Shown here in pieces: positions 18,391 to 27,306 of a stretch of 64,000 nt of DNA. The number at the start of each line of letters is the position of its first letter. Within the stretch, counting starts at the first letter, position 1. A program made the position numbers and the translations under genes. Under the pieces are notes generated by a model that did no database searches, was not told the DNA's origin, and saw nothing but the letters and a program-made list of their open reading frames with translations. Where the stretch lies: the NCBI GenBank assembly GCA_003151625.1, contig PLYC01000007.1:81181-145180 (forward strand), read 5' to 3'. This stretch comes from Candidatus Doudnabacteria bacterium. GTDB taxonomy: Bacteria > Patescibacteriota > Doudnabacteria > UBA920.

Positions 18391-19892
18391 AGTTTTTTTA
18401 CTATCCCTTTATTCGCGTCCACTTCCACCAAGTCGCCATCTTTTAAAATTTTAGTGGCGATTTTGGTGCCAATTACGCAGGGGATGCCGAGTTCACGGGA
18501 GACTATGGCGGCGTGGGAGGTTATGCCGCCTTGTTCTGTTACTATTGCTCCTGCCAGCTTCATCGCCGGTACTATATCGGGATCTGTTGCGATTGAAACT
18601 AAAATGTCTCCCTTGTTCATTTTGTGGATGTCCTTGGCGCGCAATATAAGTTTAACAACGCCTTTGGCATATCCCGGCTGGGCGGTTTGGCCTATCAGCT
18701 CTTTTTGGTTTTTATCAAAAATACGGCCTAAATTTTTGGTAAGTTTTTTTAAAGTTGAACCGGTATAAATGGCCTCAAAATCTTTTTCTGTGTAAAGAAC
18801 GCATTCTTTAAACCTATTTTGCAAGTCTTTTTTGCTTAAAATTTTACCTCTCAGCAACGCTTCCTTAACCTCGCCGTAAAGCATAAACTGGACTTGGTAG
18901 CGCGTGCGGTTAAGCCTTTTGGCTATTTCCGGCAATAGGGAAGTGTGCATTGAGTAAAGGCAAAACAGCTGGGCATGGCGGCGCACCAGTTTGGTTAAGG
19001 CAAAACCCTGGGCTGTGGTAAAAAGATTCCGGTATTGTTTGGAAATATTGTATTTTTTGTATATGGCCGCTTGTTTGTTTTTTGCTGATTTTAGTTGAGC
19101 CCTCTCTTTTTTTAATATTCCATTGGCGCTAATGCCGCTTGATGCCAAATCTTGCAGTTCTTTTAGGTAGTGCTCCGGACCAAATGGTTTTACATTCCCC
19201 GCGTAAATATAGCCTAAGTGCCCCCATTTGGCGCTGTGTATTTTTAAAGCCGTCTTAAATTCCTCGTCGGGTTTTTTGAGCGATTTTTTGTATTTATTAT
19301 AGATATTCAAAAAATCCTCCCTCTCCTGGGCGACTATGGTTTTTTGGGAGGGGGTGGTTAAAACAATAAAAGCATTTTCCGCGTCCTGTTTGCTGTCGCA
19401 AACCGAATACAGGTAGCTTTTTAGGTTTTTGGTAAAGTTATTATGGAACATATCTACAGCCACAGGCAGCCAGCCGTAGGTGTAGAGTTTGGTGTGAATT
19501 TTGTCCTGCTCCGCGTAAAGTTCCCAAAGATGCTTATTGGAGTATTTTTGCAATGGCAGTTTGGAAGTTTTTTTAGAAAAATTAATTAGGACGTAAGACC
19601 ATTTTAAAATATTTTCATTTAAATTTTTTCCAAAATTTGGCCTTGTGAGTAAAGCTTTTAGTACGCTCTCGCCGACCAAAAAAGAATCCTTTTCTCCCAA
19701 ATAAAAATCCATATGGAATTTTTTGTAATGGGTGAGGACTTTGCTGTAATTTTTTAGGAATGGGTAGCTGGTGTCGCTGCAAAAAGCCGACATTGGAATT
19801 TGGAAAAAGAACACATCGCTGTCCGGAATTTCCTCGGCCAACAGCCATGGGTCTTTGTCTTGTAAAAATTTTGGGGTGGGAGATTTGGGCAT
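18387..19892 (-). CDS. Paralogous protein with C-terminal PEP-utilising mobile phospho-His domain
   Basis: [37 protein letters not shown]. Confidence 0.85.
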   Translation of the reverse strand: MPKSPTPKFLQDKDPWLLAEEIPDSDVFFFQIPMSAFCSDTSYPFLKNYSKVLTHYKKFHMDFYLGEKDSFLVGESVLKALLTRPNFGKNLNENILKWSYVLINFSKKTSKLPLQKYSNKHLWELYAEQDKIHTKLYTYGWLPVAVDMFHNNFTKNLKSYLYSVCDSKQDAENAFIVLTTPSQKTIVAQEREDFLNIYNKYKKSLKKPDEEFKTALKIHSAKWGHLGYIYAGNVKPFGPEHYLKELQDLASSGISANGILKKERAQLKSAKNKQAAIYKKYNISKQYRNLFTTAQGFALTKLVRRHAQLFCLYSMHTSLLPEIAKRLNRTRYQVQFMLYGEVKEALLRGKILSKKDLQNRFKECVLYTEKDFEAIYTGSTLKKLTKNLGRIFDKNQKELIGQTAQPGYAKGVVKLILRAKDIHKMNKGDILVSIATDPDIVPAMKLAGAIVTEQGGITSHAAIVSRELGIPCVIGTKIATKILKDGDLVEVDANKGIVKKL

Positions 19893-19908
19893 AATTGCAA
19901 CTCCATTC

Positions 19909-20004
19909 CGGCGTCATTCTGAGCGAGTGCATCCGAGCGAAGAATCTCTAACAAGAATGAGATCCTTCACCTTTCGGCTGCACTCAAGGTTCAGGATGAC
20001 GCCG
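19909..20004. repeat. Family C REP-like doublet (GTCATTCTGA..GAAGAATCT / AGATCCTTC..GGATGAC)
   Basis: Second copy at 60718-60810. Confidence 0.8.
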
Positions 20005-20155
20005 AAGTGAGAATAATACGCTATAAATATAGCAATATTAATGATTTTTCGCATATTGACAGGAGAGGCTAAAATATGATATAATATTAGGTTATAGCTT
20101 ATGCTATAAATTGCCCATTTTACAGGTTCAGGGCGATTTTTGGCTAACTATAATT

Positions 20156-20185
20156 CCCTCCTTCGCTAAAGCTACGGAGGGCAAG
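20156..20185. repeat. Family B palindrome (CCCTCCTTCGCTAAAGCTACGGAGGGCAAG)
   Basis: Copies at 15491-15520 (reverse) and 57533-57558. Confidence 0.85.
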
Positions 20186-20315
20186 TGGGTTTTGAGGCTC
20201 TTTAACAATTTGAGGAAAACTTTATTCTCCTTTTGGGGGTACCGACGGCGATTGATTGCTTATGTAATCTGTTGCCATTGGTACCCCGAATTCTGAATTT
20301 CAATAGGAGAAGTTT

Positions 20316-21002
20316 ATGCGGTCCCCCGAAACGGCAGTTGAGATGCAAGAAAAGAAGTTTGAAATTCCGAGCGGCGTCGAGCGCGCCGTTCTAATGATTC
20401 GCCACTCGGTTGCGCCGAAAACGGGCACCGATGGCAACAAGACGCTGACGCTCGACGGCATGTATTTGTGTGAGGCTGTGCGGGAGTTCTACCAGAGTTT
20501 GGTATGTGATATCAGCGTCAGCCTCAACGTGCCCACGGCCTCGTATCACTGCTCTACGTTCCCCAGGTCCATGATGACGGCGTGGGAAATCTTCCGCGTC
20601 CCGAACATCCAGGCCGAAGAGTCGCTCAAGGTCTGGGTCTCGTTGATGTCTATCGACGGAGGCGCGTGGGCCAAGGCGCAGATGGCTGCGGGCAAGAACG
20701 AGCCGACGATGATCCGAGAGTTCCTCGGTGACCAGGGCGTGAGTTTGTGGACTGCCGACTTCGACGACTACCAACGCAACTACACCGAGTTCATTCTCGG
20801 CAACGTCGGTAGCGAAGAAGCTCGCAGAGCCAAGTTCGTGGTTGCGACGTGCCACGAGGCAGGCATTTCGCTGGCGGCCGCTGGTTGTCTGCTTGAGAAT
20901 GAGCTCGGCCTTAATAATTGCGAGGCGGTCCTCTTTTACGTCAGCGGCGGTTACGTCGTCGGTGCCGAGAAGATCGTGCCGGGAAAGGCCTCGGCTCGGT
21001 AA
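20316..21002 (+). CDS. Histidine phosphatase (PGM/SixA-like) superfamily protein, GC-rich
   Basis: LMIRHS, S..PRSMMTA, VATCHE motifs; SD AGGAG; composition differs from the flanks. Confidence 0.65.
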   Translation: MRSPETAVEMQEKKFEIPSGVERAVLMIRHSVAPKTGTDGNKTLTLDGMYLCEAVREFYQSLVCDISVSLNVPTASYHCSTFPRSMMTAWEIFRVPNIQAEESLKVWVSLMSIDGGAWAKAQMAAGKNEPTMIREFLGDQGVSLWTADFDDYQRNYTEFILGNVGSEEARRAKFVVATCHEAGISLAAAGCLLENELGLNNCEAVLFYVSGGYVVGAEKIVPGKASAR

Positions 21003-21241
21003 CACTACCAAGCGGCACAAGCCGTGTAGTACCCCCTCAGTTTTTCCTCAGCAAAAATCTTCAGATCCATCCCACAGGCGGGCGGCGGAGGTTTCAAGGT
21101 ACACAAAAACCCTTGAACCCTTCCCGCCCGCTTTTTTCATGGACTTTAATTAAAAGATAATATTTTTTTGCCTCTCGGCTACAGCCCGCTACGCGAGCTT
21201 CGCTCGGGACAAAAAAATCTGAACAAATGTTCAGATTTTTT

Positions 21242-21333
21242 TGGCGGAGAGGGGGGGATTCGAACCCCCGAAAGGATTTGACTCCTTTACCGGTTTAGCA
21301 AACCAGCGCACTAGGCCTCTATGCGACCTCTCC
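21242..21333 (-). tRNA. tRNA-Ser(GCT)
   Basis: GGAGAGG acceptor, CTGGT-TTGCTAA-ACCGG, long variable arm, GGTTCGAATCC, CCA. Confidence 0.95.
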
Positions 21334-21459
21334 AGAAATATATTTAAGTTGTGAGATTTAAGATTTGTAATCCACAAATCCATAATATTTTATCAGAATT
21401 ATAAGTTTCTGACAACAGGGCGGATTTGCCAATTAATTAAGCTTTGCTAAACTTTAGGT

Positions 21460-22233
21460 ATGTGGAATGAACACAATTACAATCTAGAAGAAATAAAAGT
21501 TGTGCGGGAGTTTGAATATTTGTATTTTATGTACAATCCCGGCTTTCGGGCTATGTGGCACAATAATTTTGAAGAGTATTTTAAAGGTACACAGGACGAA
21601 AAGTATTGGGAAAAGCGGGAAGAGGAGAGGGAAAAGGAAATTAGGGCGGATGTTGAATATAATATGAGAACCGATCCCGAGTATGCCAGTTGGCGGGCGG
21701 AGTTGGCGATTATTGAGGAAACGTTGTTAGGCGATCCAAATGAGTCCTATATTGCGCAGTCGCGTTGGTTTGAGCGCGAACAGATGATGAAAGAAGCGGA
21801 AAAGGCAGATTGGGAGTATCGTAGTAAACTGGAAAATGATCGTCTTTATAAAATGGCCAAAGATTGGAGTATGTCTTTGCTTAAGGTCGCCGGACCCGCT
21901 TATGAAAAAAATAAGGATATTAACTGGTTTAGGGTTTTAACTAATTGTTTATCGGTTTCCGGAAAAATTGTTTTTGCATCCCGCGAGTTTGGCGATGACG
22001 AGGAAGACGAACTTTACAGTACGCCGGATGATTTTTTGTGGCGGACAGACAGGATTGGTTACATTTTGTCGCTTGCTTCCTTGCAGCGATGTTTGGAATC
22101 GTTCCGAACACTTAAGGAAAAGGATCCAGGCTTGAAGGTTGATAAGTTTATTACCGACAGTTTAACAATGCAAGCCGAATTAATAGACCGTTTAGAAGAA
22201 ATCCAACAAAAATTTTTAAAAAAATATAATTAA
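21460..22233 (+). CDS. Hypothetical acidic helical protein
   Basis: 257-aa ORF with host-like codon usage; no recognisable motif. Confidence 0.6.
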   Translation: MWNEHNYNLEEIKVVREFEYLYFMYNPGFRAMWHNNFEEYFKGTQDEKYWEKREEEREKEIRADVEYNMRTDPEYASWRAELAIIEETLLGDPNESYIAQSRWFEREQMMKEAEKADWEYRSKLENDRLYKMAKDWSMSLLKVAGPAYEKNKDINWFRVLTNCLSVSGKIVFASREFGDDEEDELYSTPDDFLWRTDRIGYILSLASLQRCLESFRTLKEKDPGLKVDKFITDSLTMQAELIDRLEEIQQKFLKKYN

Positions 22234-22240
22234 TATATCT

Positions 22241-22596
22241 GTGTCCAATTCTATAGAATTGGACACAAAAAACAAAATGAATAATAAAAATATCCACAAA
22301 TGGTCAAGGATTTTTAGAGGACTGGCTAACCCTCACCGTTTGGAAATGATAAAGCTTTTAAAGAAGAATGGTAAAACCGCGGTTTCGGTTTTGGCCAAAG
22401 AAGTGGGAATTTCCGTAAAAAACACCCCCCGGAATTTAAGAATATTACACGACTTGGAAATATTGGAGTCTTTGGGAAAATCGGACCATATTTTTTATAG
22501 TATTTATACCGGCCTGGATAAAGAAGTGAATTTGATTATAAAAATGTTTGCTTGAATGCTTTAGGCTTTGGTATCCAATTCTATAGAATTGGATGC
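22241..22596. repeat. Two 26-bp palindromes flanking the ArsR gene
   Basis: gtgtccaattctatagaattggacac (22241-22266) and gtatccaattctatagaattggatgc (22571-22596). Confidence 0.85.
22277..22555 (+). CDS. ArsR/SmtB-family winged HTH regulator
   Basis: IFRGLANPHRLEMIKLL..VSVLAKEVGIS..NLRILH; ATG at 22277 preferred. Confidence 0.8.
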   Translation: MNNKNIHKWSRIFRGLANPHRLEMIKLLKKNGKTAVSVLAKEVGISVKNTPRNLRILHDLEILESLGKSDHIFYSIYTGLDKEVNLIIKMFA

Positions 22597-22605
22597 AAGA
22601 GAGTC

Positions 22606-23343
22606 CTAGTCTCTGGCAACGGTAAGGCAGATGACTTTTGCCGCGCCGTTTCTTTTTAATACTTTGGCTGCTTCGGCCAGGGTGGCGCCGGTGGTGGTGA
22701 CGTCATCGACCAGAATGAAGGGGTGATTTAAGACTTCAGATTTATGATTTAAGGCCCAGGGGGACAGCGCGAAGGCTCCGTCTACGTTTTTGAGACGGGC
22801 GTCTTTTTTTAGGTCTTTTTGGGTTTTGGTTATTTTTTTTCTTTGTAAAACATCGGCAACAGGTAAATTTAGCTGTTCCGACAATGAACGACATAAAACC
22901 TCGGCTTGGTTAAAGCCGCGCCAGCGTTTACGGGTACTGTGCAAAGGGACAGGGATCAACGAGATATTGGATATTAGGATATTAGGATATTGGGTTTTGA
23001 GTTGCCCGGCTAAAAGTTTTCCGAGTTCCTCATAAATCCCGGGGAGGAAATTATATTTGCCTTTTATTAATATGTCCGCGACTTTTTGGTCGTGGTAGTT
23101 TAAAAACGATATTAAACCGTCCGCGCCGTGCGGAGTTTGGCAGTGGGGATGGGTAAGGCCAAACGGGGTATTTTTTTGGCAGACAATACAGCGCTGGTGT
23201 TCAAGCTTCCCTATTGTAGACTTACAATCCGCACAAATCCACGTTCCTTCCTCTCCGCAGGCCAGGCAGGAAATAGGGAAGAGGGTGTCAAGGACGAAAG
23301 TTTTAACATCAAGGTATAAAGGTTTTATAAAAGTTTGGTACAT
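22606..23343 (-). CDS. comF: ComF family competence protein
   Basis: Double zinc ribbon, PVPLH..RGFNQA, LVDDVTTTGATL. Confidence 0.93.
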   Translation of the reverse strand: MYQTFIKPLYLDVKTFVLDTLFPISCLACGEEGTWICADCKSTIGKLEHQRCIVCQKNTPFGLTHPHCQTPHGADGLISFLNYHDQKVADILIKGKYNFLPGIYEELGKLLAGQLKTQYPNILISNISLIPVPLHSTRKRWRGFNQAEVLCRSLSEQLNLPVADVLQRKKITKTQKDLKKDARLKNVDGAFALSPWALNHKSEVLNHPFILVDDVTTTGATLAEAAKVLKRNGAAKVICLTVARD

Positions 23344-23420
23344 TAAAATGAATTATGAAGTAGGAATTATGAATTATGATAAGTAGTTTAATTCTAGCAA
23401 ATTTTTTGAGCAAAAGAAAA

Positions 23421-23451
23421 ACCCGCTCCCACCTTAAGGTGGGAGCGGGCT
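23421..23451 (-). terminator. clpC terminator
   Basis: cccgctcccacc-ttaa-ggtgggagcggg hairpin with T-tract on the minus strand. Confidence 0.7.
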
Positions 23452-23466
23452 TGAAAGTTCTGGTGA

Positions 23467-26058
23467 TTACGCGACCGGTACTGCGACTTTTTCCAGCCTT
23501 TGCAGACTAAATACAATCTTATCACCCTTAACATCAGCGCTAATTTTGGATCCGTCCGGGGAGCGGCCGGAGATAATTTTTTCGGCCAGCGGGTCTTCTA
23601 TATAGGTTTGAATGTTTTTGCGAATGAAGCGCGCGCCTTGCGCCGGGTCAAAGCTCTTGTCGGTTATAAATTTAATGACTGCCGGGGAAATTTTCATCTG
23701 CACGTTCTGTTCCAGCAGGCGAGCCTGAAGTTGGGCAATTTGCAGTTGGGTAATTTTTTTAAGCTCTTCAAAGCCCAAGGGACGAAAAATAATAATTTTG
23801 TCTATGCGATTTAGAAATTCCGGTCGGAATTCCTTTTTTAACTCTTCATTAATACTTTCTTTAATATTTTCGTATTCTTTTTCCAGTTTGGCCTTTTGGT
23901 CCGCCACGGCTCGACTGTCGTGTCGAGACGGGTCAATTTTTTCGCTCTTGTCGGCAAATCCAATCTTCGCGGCCTGGTTGGTAAGTTCCTTCATACCAAG
24001 GTTGGAGGTCATAATTATTACCGTGTTGCGGAAAGACACTTTTTTTCCTTCGGCATCGGTTAACTGCCCGTCTTCCAAAATTTGCAGGAAAATGTTAAAT
24101 ACGTCGGGATTGGCTTTTTCTATTTCGTCGAACAAGACTACAGAATAAGGTTTTCTGCGCACGGCCTCGGTCAGCCTGCCGCCTTCGCCGTAGCCAACGT
24201 ATCCGGCCGGAGCGCCAATAAGCCGCGAAACATTGTGTCGTTCCATAAACTCGCTCATATCTACCCGGATAAGCGCGTCCTCGTCTTCAAAAATTTCTGA
24301 CGCCAAAACTTTGGCGGTTTCAGTTTTGCCCACGCCGGTGGGTCCTAAAAATATAAAAGAGCCAAGCGGCCGTTTGGGGTCGGTAATTCCGGCTCTGGAA
24401 CGGCGTACGGCTTTGGATATTTCCTCAACGGCCTCGTTCTGCCCAATAACTTTGGCCTTTAGGATTTTTTCCAAATTAGCCAGTTTGCCAATTTCCGTTT
24501 TGGCCAGGCGGGCCAGGGGGATTTTGGTCATCATGGAAACCGTATGGGCAATGTCCTCCGAAACAATTACGTGTGTCGGGGTTTTTTCTTCCGCGGCCAA
24601 ACCTTTGGCCAGCTGTTCTTTTTGCTTAAGCAGTTTTTCTTCCAGGGTTCTTAAATGCAGGGCGGTGGTAAAATCCTGTCCTAAAACCGCTTTGGTTTTT
24701 TCTTCTTCAAGCGCTGCTAAATCGGCCTCTATTTTTTTTGCAGCTCTAAGCAATTTGCTGTTGGAATTTATGGAGCGCAAAAAGGCCGCGGTTTCATCAA
24801 TCAAGTCCACTGCTTTGTCGGGCAAATAACGGTCTTGGATATAGCGCGATGAAAGTTCTACCGCCGACTTAATGGCTTCATCGGTAATGGTTACGTTATG
24901 ATGCTTTTCGTAATTTTGCCTTAGCCCCTGTAAAATGGCCACGGTTTCTTCTTTGCTGGGCTCGTCCACTATTATGGGCTGGAATCTTCTTTCCAGTGCC
25001 GCGTCTTTCTCTATGTGTTCTTTATATTCCTTTAAAGTGGTGGCGCCAATAGCTTTTAGTTCGCCTCGAGCCAGTGCGGGCTTTAAAATGTTGGCCGCGT
25101 CCAAACTGCCCGTGGTGGCGCCGGCTCCCACCATAGTGTGTAGCTCATCTATAAATAAAATGACGTTTTTGTCGTTTTTAACTTCTTCTATAATTTGTTT
25201 TAGGCGGTTTTCAAATTCTCCGCGGAACATACTTCCGGCAACAATTAAAGCCAAATCCAGCGCCAGGATTTTTTTGTCGAGTAGGGAGTCGGGGACTTCG
25301 CGTTTGGTAATGGCCAAAGCCAAGCCTTCCACAATGGCGGTTTTTCCCACGCCGGCTTCGCCAATTAAGATGGGATTATTTTTGGTTCGGCGATTCAAAA
25401 TGGAAACCAGGCGTTCGATTTCACTTTTTCTGCCAATGACCGGGTCAACCAAACCGCTCAAAGCTTTTTTGGTTAAGTCCGTGGTAAAAAATTCCAAGAG
25501 GCCGCCTTTTTTGGCTTCCGCCATTTTAGGAGGCATCATTGGCCCCGGACCTTCGAAAGGAGCGCTGGGATGACCTTCGTTGCCAACGGGCATTTCCGGA
25601 AACTTGGAAATGTTATCAAAAACATTTGTTAGGTTTTGTTCCAGTTCTAAGATATCTATTCCTAATTTGGACAAAATAACTTTGGCTTTGTTTTGCGGTA
25701 CGGTCAGCAAACCAAATAAAAAATGTTCGGTGCCAATAAATTGGTAGCCGTATTGGCTGGCCACAATGGCCGATTTTTCTATAACTGATTTTAGATTTTC
25801 CGAAAGTACGGGCTTCCAGGAGCTTACAATGTTGTTACTGTTCACAAAGATTAATTCCTGTTTTACTATTTCCGGCGTAAGCTTGGTCTTGGTTAAAATT
25901 TCCGCGGCAAAAGAGCTCTTTTCGGAAATTACGCCGTATAAAAGGTGCTCGGTGCCAATGTGGTCGTGCTTTAGTTCTTCGCTGGCCAATTGCGCCATAA
26001 TAAGGGCGTTTTTCGCCCTTGAAGATAGTCGTTCAAGTATGTAGGTAAAATTTGTCAT
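23467..26058 (-). CDS. clpC: ATP-dependent Clp protease ATP-binding subunit ClpC
   Basis: Clp_N repeats, GEAGVGKT, GPTGVGKT, UVR-type middle domain, KIGF loop. Confidence 0.93.
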   Translation of the reverse strand: MTNFTYILERLSSRAKNALIMAQLASEELKHDHIGTEHLLYGVISEKSSFAAEILTKTKLTPEIVKQELIFVNSNNIVSSWKPVLSENLKSVIEKSAIVASQYGYQFIGTEHFLFGLLTVPQNKAKVILSKLGIDILELEQNLTNVFDNISKFPEMPVGNEGHPSAPFEGPGPMMPPKMAEAKKGGLLEFFTTDLTKKALSGLVDPVIGRKSEIERLVSILNRRTKNNPILIGEAGVGKTAIVEGLALAITKREVPDSLLDKKILALDLALIVAGSMFRGEFENRLKQIIEEVKNDKNVILFIDELHTMVGAGATTGSLDAANILKPALARGELKAIGATTLKEYKEHIEKDAALERRFQPIIVDEPSKEETVAILQGLRQNYEKHHNVTITDEAIKSAVELSSRYIQDRYLPDKAVDLIDETAAFLRSINSNSKLLRAAKKIEADLAALEEEKTKAVLGQDFTTALHLRTLEEKLLKQKEQLAKGLAAEEKTPTHVIVSEDIAHTVSMMTKIPLARLAKTEIGKLANLEKILKAKVIGQNEAVEEISKAVRRSRAGITDPKRPLGSFIFLGPTGVGKTETAKVLASEIFEDEDALIRVDMSEFMERHNVSRLIGAPAGYVGYGEGGRLTEAVRRKPYSVVLFDEIEKANPDVFNIFLQILEDGQLTDAEGKKVSFRNTVIIMTSNLGMKELTNQAAKIGFADKSEKIDPSRHDSRAVADQKAKLEKEYENIKESINEELKKEFRPEFLNRIDKIIIFRPLGFEELKKITQLQIAQLQARLLEQNVQMKISPAVIKFITDKSFDPAQGARFIRKNIQTYIEDPLAEKIISGRSPDGSKISADVKGDKIVFSLQRLEKVAVPVA

Positions 26059-26145
26059 AGATAGTTGTAAGTTGTATGTTTAAAGTTGTAAGTAAAGCCT
26101 ATCTGCTATACTTAAATTATGTCATACATTAAGATTATAGCAAAA

Positions 26146-26172
26146 TTATCACTCATGTCAATAGAGTGATAA
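26146..26172. promoter_or_regulatory. CIRCE-like (HrcA) operator overlapping the clpC -35
   Basis: TTATCACTC-N9-GAGTGATAA versus consensus TTAGCACTC-N9-GAGTGCTAA; the spacer contains minus-strand TTGACA. Confidence 0.7.
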
Positions 26173-26274
26173 GACGCGGAATTAACGCTGAACTACTGCA
26201 GTTGCTGAAAGGGACGCTGAAACACAAACTCAGCGACCTAATCAGTGTACATATCAGCGACCTATCGGCGGAAT

Positions 26275-26802
26275 ATGTATAAACAAAGAAGCAAAACTAA
26301 AGAGCCACAAAACGAACTAAAAGCATACGAGTATGCCGTGTTTTTGCTTTCACTGCAGTTGCGTACGGTCGGCGAAGTAAAAGAGAAAATGGAAAAGCGC
26401 GGGTATGCTTCGAATATTATCGCGCATACGATAACCCAACTGACTGACCAGAAATATTTGAACGACGAACGGTACGCCGAAGTTTATTTGAACAATTTAA
26501 AACAATACAAGCATTTGGGCTACTATGGCATAAAAAGAAAGTTTATGGCCAAGAAATTACCGTCGGAAATAATCGAAAAGGTTTTAAGCGAAGGATTGCC
26601 GCTCGAAGACGAACTAAAAATTGCCAAGAGGCTTTTAAAAAAAGAAGGCGTTGTGGCAAAGGAGTCAGACGATGATTCCGTGGTATCGGATAATTCTTAC
26701 AGAACTTATAACAGCGAACAATCCAAAGACAAACAAAAACTCTCCGCCAAACTAAAAAGCCGCGGTTTCCGCGGCGAGATCATTGCACAGTTATTACGCT
26801 GA
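26275..26802 (+). CDS. recX: Regulatory protein RecX
   Basis: LLS.QLRT..E, YLNDERYA, G..GI, KL..RGF motifs. Confidence 0.85.
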   Translation: MYKQRSKTKEPQNELKAYEYAVFLLSLQLRTVGEVKEKMEKRGYASNIIAHTITQLTDQKYLNDERYAEVYLNNLKQYKHLGYYGIKRKFMAKKLPSEIIEKVLSEGLPLEDELKIAKRLLKKEGVVAKESDDDSVVSDNSYRTYNSEQSKDKQKLSAKLKSRGFRGEIIAQLLR

Positions 26803-27305
26803 ATAATCGCTGATATGTACGCCGATTAGGTCGCTGAATCTTCAGTTCGCGCTTTGTCGTAGATTACGCGTTTGATTTCAAGTCGCTTGGGTGAAAAATT
26901 TATTAGAAAACCGAGTTTATACTCGGAACCCTTCAAATAATTCCAAAAAGTGGCCTCGTCTTGTTTGTTGACAAAAGGCTTCGATTTTAGTTCCAAGACA
27001 ATTTCATTGTTAACAACTTTGTCTGGAACATAAGTACCAACCTTTTTCCCTTCATAATATATGTTTATTCGTTTCTGGCATTCAACCGTTAATCCTCGTT
27101 TTTCAAGAGCAATAGTAAGGGCGTTGTCCACTATTGATTCTTTAAACATTCCTCGAAATTGCTTCCAGACATCAAAACAGGCTCCTCTAATCTCGTAAGA
27201 CTCCTTTTCATATAAAAAATCTTTAACTAACTTTGACATTCCGCTAGAATTTAACTCTTAGCTTCAGCGACAATATCAGCGTACCTATCAGCGACTGTTC
27301 AGCGG
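26797..27305. mobile_element. GxxExxY gene bracketed by inverted arrays of CGCTGA-N5/6 units
   Basis: Left arm 26797-26838 and right arm 27263-27304 are ~42-bp imperfect inverted repeats of four units each. Confidence 0.6.
26826..27239 (-). CDS. GxxExxY family PD-(D/E)XK-like protein
   Basis: SYEIRGACFDVW..GMFKESIV..AL, YVPD.VV...IVLELK, NYLK...KLGFLINF. Confidence 0.9.
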   Translation of the reverse strand: MSKLVKDFLYEKESYEIRGACFDVWKQFRGMFKESIVDNALTIALEKRGLTVECQKRINIYYEGKKVGTYVPDKVVNNEIVLELKSKPFVNKQDEATFWNYLKGSEYKLGFLINFSPKRLEIKRVIYDKARTEDSAT

Positions 27306-27306
27306 C

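Noticed and set aside
20391-21020. 209-aa antisense ORF and the many other shadow ORFs (e.g. 24935-25573, 35604-36083, 4162-4647)
   Set aside because: They overlap better-supported genes and have no recognisable motifs.
21220-21233. GAAC-N4-GTTC as a LexA (Cheo) box
   Set aside because: It is the centre of an A/T-flanked hairpin just 3' of tRNA-Ser between convergent genes, so a terminator is more likely.
26174-27305. Periodic CGCTGA repeats, and other intergenic arrays, as a CRISPR array
   Set aside because: Units are 7-13 bp, degenerate and inverted, with no unique 30-40-bp spacers and no cas genes in the window.
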